A stretch of DNA of 61,828 nucleotides, counting the filler. It is 16 parts of 16 records of this genome, joined end to end, with 100 filler letters (N's around TTAATTAATTAA, not from the genome) between each part and the next. Parts side by side here need not be neighbours in the genome. Positions count along the whole stretch, not along the records: positions 58,524 to 61,828 come from SRR7504441_127969; 15 more parts are not named here. One strand, given 5' to 3'. Under the pieces are notes generated by a model. The model had not been told where the DNA came from. It searched no databases and worked only from the letters and a program-made list of their open reading frames with translations. Position 1 is the stretch's first letter, and every line of letters starts with the position of its first letter. The translations under genes and the position numbers were made by a program. Below are positions 58,863-61,828 of the stretch, one piece after another.

Positions 58863-59389
58863 TTAATGCCTTGATTTAATCCGGGTCCGGTACTTTTTCT
58901 TCCGCCTGCCGCTGCTCCGCTGGCTCTTCCGTTGCGGAGTCCGTTGCGCTGCCGCCTGTTTGACCGGCGTGCCCACTGCCTCTACAGCCGCCGGCGCTCT
59001 CGGCTGGTCAACGGCTAACCCAACGGGCTCTCCCGCCTCCACTGGGGCCACCCCGCCCGCCCAGAGCACCCCCTCCACCATCGACCTGTCCGTTGCTCAA
59101 CGGACGCCCAGGGCCGCCCGCCGCACCGGCCGCCGGGCAGCGTGAGCAGTGTGGGCAGCGGTAACGACATCGCCTCGACCGGACGATCGGCGCGCAGACG
59201 CTTGTCGAACTTTAACGGAAGCTGCTCCGGCTCGGGCGCCGACCCGGACCGGCAGAGGAAGCTGAGCGTCCGTTGGCGCCGGAACCGCTTGGGCCCGCTG
59301 GGCGAGCTAGGTGGGCTGTCCGTTGCGCGGACCGTGGGGCCCGGCGGCGGGGCCACAAGCTCGTCCGGTAGTGAGCAGCAGAGCCCCAT
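58863..59389 (-). CDS. Small disordered protein with MGLCCS acylation motif and basic C-terminus, one 41-nt intron
   Basis: ORFs 59015-59389 and 58863-59081 join in frame by removing GTGCGG...GGACAG. The N-terminus is MGLCCS and the tail is RRKKKYRTRIKSRH. Confidence 0.55.
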
Positions 59390-59583
59390 CTAATTATAGC
59401 CTGGCCCAGCCGGCTCGCCCCCGGCCGCCAGCGCGGGGAGCCTGGGGAATGGGCTCCGTCGCGCGTCTGCTGGAACAAAACCGCCACACTTTTGTGTTGA
59501 ACAACAATTTCACGGTGTTTTTGTATTATTCCGAGCCCCTAGAATAGACGCGCAGCGGCACCGGGCAGCGGCAGTGGTGAGGG

Positions 59584-61812
59584 ATGGACGAGCCGGTGCA
59601 CCCGTTCGAGGACCCAGCGCACGGGGAGCCGTTGGAGCCGATCCTGGACATGCCCCCGGAGCACCTGCCCTACTGCGAGGCGCAGCTCTACCCGTCGCTC
59701 CTCAAGGGGCTCAGGGCGCTGCTGGAGCGGGTCGACTCCAGGCCGGGCGAGGTATGGCGCGGCATGCGCCGGAGCCCGGTGAGAGAGCAGCGGACAGGTG
59801 CTCGACCCACTGGACTGGCTGGGGCACTTCCTGCTCAACAACAACCCGAATGGCAACAAGGCCACCCCCCCCCCCCGGTGGTACGGCGCTCACCCGGTGG
59901 TGGTACAGGACCTGATCAGGTCGTCCGAGGCGCTGGCCGCCGAGATCCTCGCCCAGCGCGAGCAGCGCAAGCGGGTCGCCTCAGAGCAGGTGCCCCCTCT
60001 CTCTCGCCCCCCCGTGTCCGAGCCCTGTCGCAGGCGGCCGGCGCGGCCCAGCAACAGTGGAAACAATTCTCAGTCTCGGCTGCAGCGATGCGCGCCGGGC
60101 AGCGAGTGAGCCGGGCGCTGCCGGGGGTGCTCACCAAGGCGCTCATGCCGCTCGCCCGCCGCCGGTGAGCAGGCAGGAGGCCGCCGGGGCTGATCGGGTG
60201 CAGCGTGTTCTACAAGCATCCTCTCAGGAAGAAGCGGGCCTCTGTCGACAAGAGCGCTGCAGAGGCTGAGGAGGAGAAAGACGAGGAGGAGGACTCGTCG
60301 GACGAGGCCGAGGTGGGATAACCGTCGGATTTGAATTCGAAACGGGCCAGGTCGGCGTGATTGATACGATCCAAGCGCATCTGAGTGAGGCGCTCATCCA
60401 GCGCAAGGGGCAGCACACGCTGCTCGGACTGGTGCTGGACCTGGTCAAGGCTGAAATGAATGGCCCGCCGTTGGCATTCATCGGACTGATCGAGCAGCTG
60501 GATGACAAACGTTCCGTGCGGATGGTCGGAGGCCTCGGTGTGAATGTCGACAGCTTGGTCGGGGTGCGAGCGCTAGAGCCACTGCCTGGGGTGAGGAGTG
60601 GGGGCAGATGGAGCTGGCCGAGGGCTCGGCGGCGAGTGAGCTCGTGATTCGCGTGATTGATGCAAACATCCCTGTGGTAGCCGATAAGGTGAGCACTCAC
60701 GATTCTCACGAGCCTCGATTAATCGATATATTGCGGGCCCTGGTTATATATATATAATGGTTTGACTCGAAATGCCGGCAGGTGGGTGAGGGTCTCCCGG
60801 TGGAGCTGGGCGACCCCGAGCAGTCCTGGCTGCTCGTGCCAATTCACAGACCAATCGACGCGATCAAATCCGAGAAGATTGGAGTGCTGGGCATTGCCAT
60901 CCCTCGCCGCGACAGCACCGTCGAGCTCCTGGACGCCAAGCCTGTTGAGACCCCGGCAGAGGAGGAGGAGGAGCCGGCCCCTGTGGAGGAGGAGGATGAG
61001 GAAACGATCAACTTTGAAGCCTCAGTCAGCCAGTTGAGCTCTGTCGCTTCTATTCTAGGACATTCTCTCCGCGAGGCGTGGAATTACTCGGATGAGCCGT
61101 TACTGCACAGGAGTGCGGTGGAGGTGTCGGGGATCGTTGATCGGGTGATGCAACGGAAGGACCTGATGCTCGACAGTCAGCGGTCGCTTTCACGGGCTGT
61201 GGCGTGCCATGTGCTTGAGGCCATGAGGCAATCGATGGGCAACAGCTCTCTCGAGCCGGTGGGGATTGAGACAGCCGGTCGTGACATGTGTGTCCGTTGC
61301 AGGTGTCTGTTGTAGTCGCTCTCAAGCACCCGCACAAGGAGCAGCTTGTGAACACGTTTTGCACTGGGCCACACCTCACTTCGATGCCAGCCACTTGCCC
61401 CTACGATATGCAAGACCTTGCGTGGGAGGCTTTCATGACAAAGGTACCACAACCCTCAGCCGGTTCATACTGAATTCAACGGTCGCAAGAGACCTTCAAA
61501 TCTGACATGATCCCGTCCTCACGATCCGTCTTCACAGCCAACCCAACCCCCGTCCTCGAGGGCCGCTCCCGTGTGGCGGTTGTTGCCGTCCCACTGATAC
61601 TGCCAAGCACCGACTCGCCGGGCGAAGCGGAGCCTGAGGCGGTTGGGGTCATGACTTTCCTCCGTGATGCCACCGACCCGTCTGTTGGGGATCTATGTGA
61701 CCCGGATAGCGACTCGGGGTTCGAAAGAGACCAAATCCTGCTCGCAGAGCTCGCCGCGCCGCCGCTCGCGCAGGGCGTCGAAGGTGTTACCATAAGAGTA
61801 TTGCCTAATTAG
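59584..61812 (+). CDS. Dpy-30/RIIa-like dimerisation motif plus GAF-like domains, multi-intron; 3' end uncertain
   Basis: YCEAQLYPSLLKGLRALLERV...|VLDPLDWLGHFLLNNNP (Dpy-30-like). GAF-like strands WLLVPIHR...KIGVLGI and VAVVAVPLI...AVGVMTF. Confidence 0.6.
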
Positions 61813-61828
61813 GAAGGTGTTAAGCTAT

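Noticed and set aside
1-61828. Stop-codon reassignment or widespread programmed frameshifting to explain fragmented ORFs
   Set aside because: Nearly all breaks in conserved genes are resolved by 35-46-nt GT/GC-AG introns. TAA (ACER3, GPD1), TAG (patatin, DUF6067) and TGA (BK, GPCR-PIPK) all serve as real stops.
1-61828. CRISPR array, rRNA, tRNA, telomeric repeats or an intact transposase/reverse transcriptase
   Set aside because: No repeat-spacer periodicity or recognisable motifs were seen. Small structured RNAs could be missed by eye.

Overview
This window is not one locus. It is 16 unrelated contigs of about 3-6 kb joined by artificial 100-nt spacers (44 N + TTAATTAATTAA + 44 N). The contigs are 1-3531, 3632-6654, 6755-11223, 11324-15424, 15525-19596, 19697-22723, 22824-26794, 26895-33021, 33122-36143, 36244-39245, 39346-43687, 43788-47395, 47496-51462, 51563-54621, 54722-58423 and 58524-61828. 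The DNA comes from a compact-genome microbial eukaryote whose lineage I cannot determine by eye. The ORF track is fragmented because most genes carry very short spliceosomal introns (mostly 35-46 nt) with degenerate donors and a high share of GC-AG ends. After manual splicing I recognise a membrane patatin-like phospholipase, a polycystin-2-like channel, a GH59 galactocerebrosidase head-to-head with an alkaline ceramidase, a BK-type K+ channel, a DUF6067 glycosidase, a DMT/SLC35 transporter, an EF-hand protein, an RCC1-repeat protein, a RhoGAP-like-PIP5K, a GH130-like enzyme, a GPCR-PIPK, a calmodulin-lobe/F-box/HEAT protein, NAD+ glycerol-3-phosphate dehydrogenase, a GBP/atlastin-like GTPase and a Dpy-30/GAF-like protein. 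The most notable observations are the tiny GC-AG-rich intron system, the GALC-ceramidase divergent pair, unusual signalling fusions, two ~130-bp MITE-like hairpins touching a start or stop codon, an antisense exon copy behind the BK channel, and a CpG-depleted decayed contig. Gene spans include introns. All family calls rest on motif recognition, not database searches.
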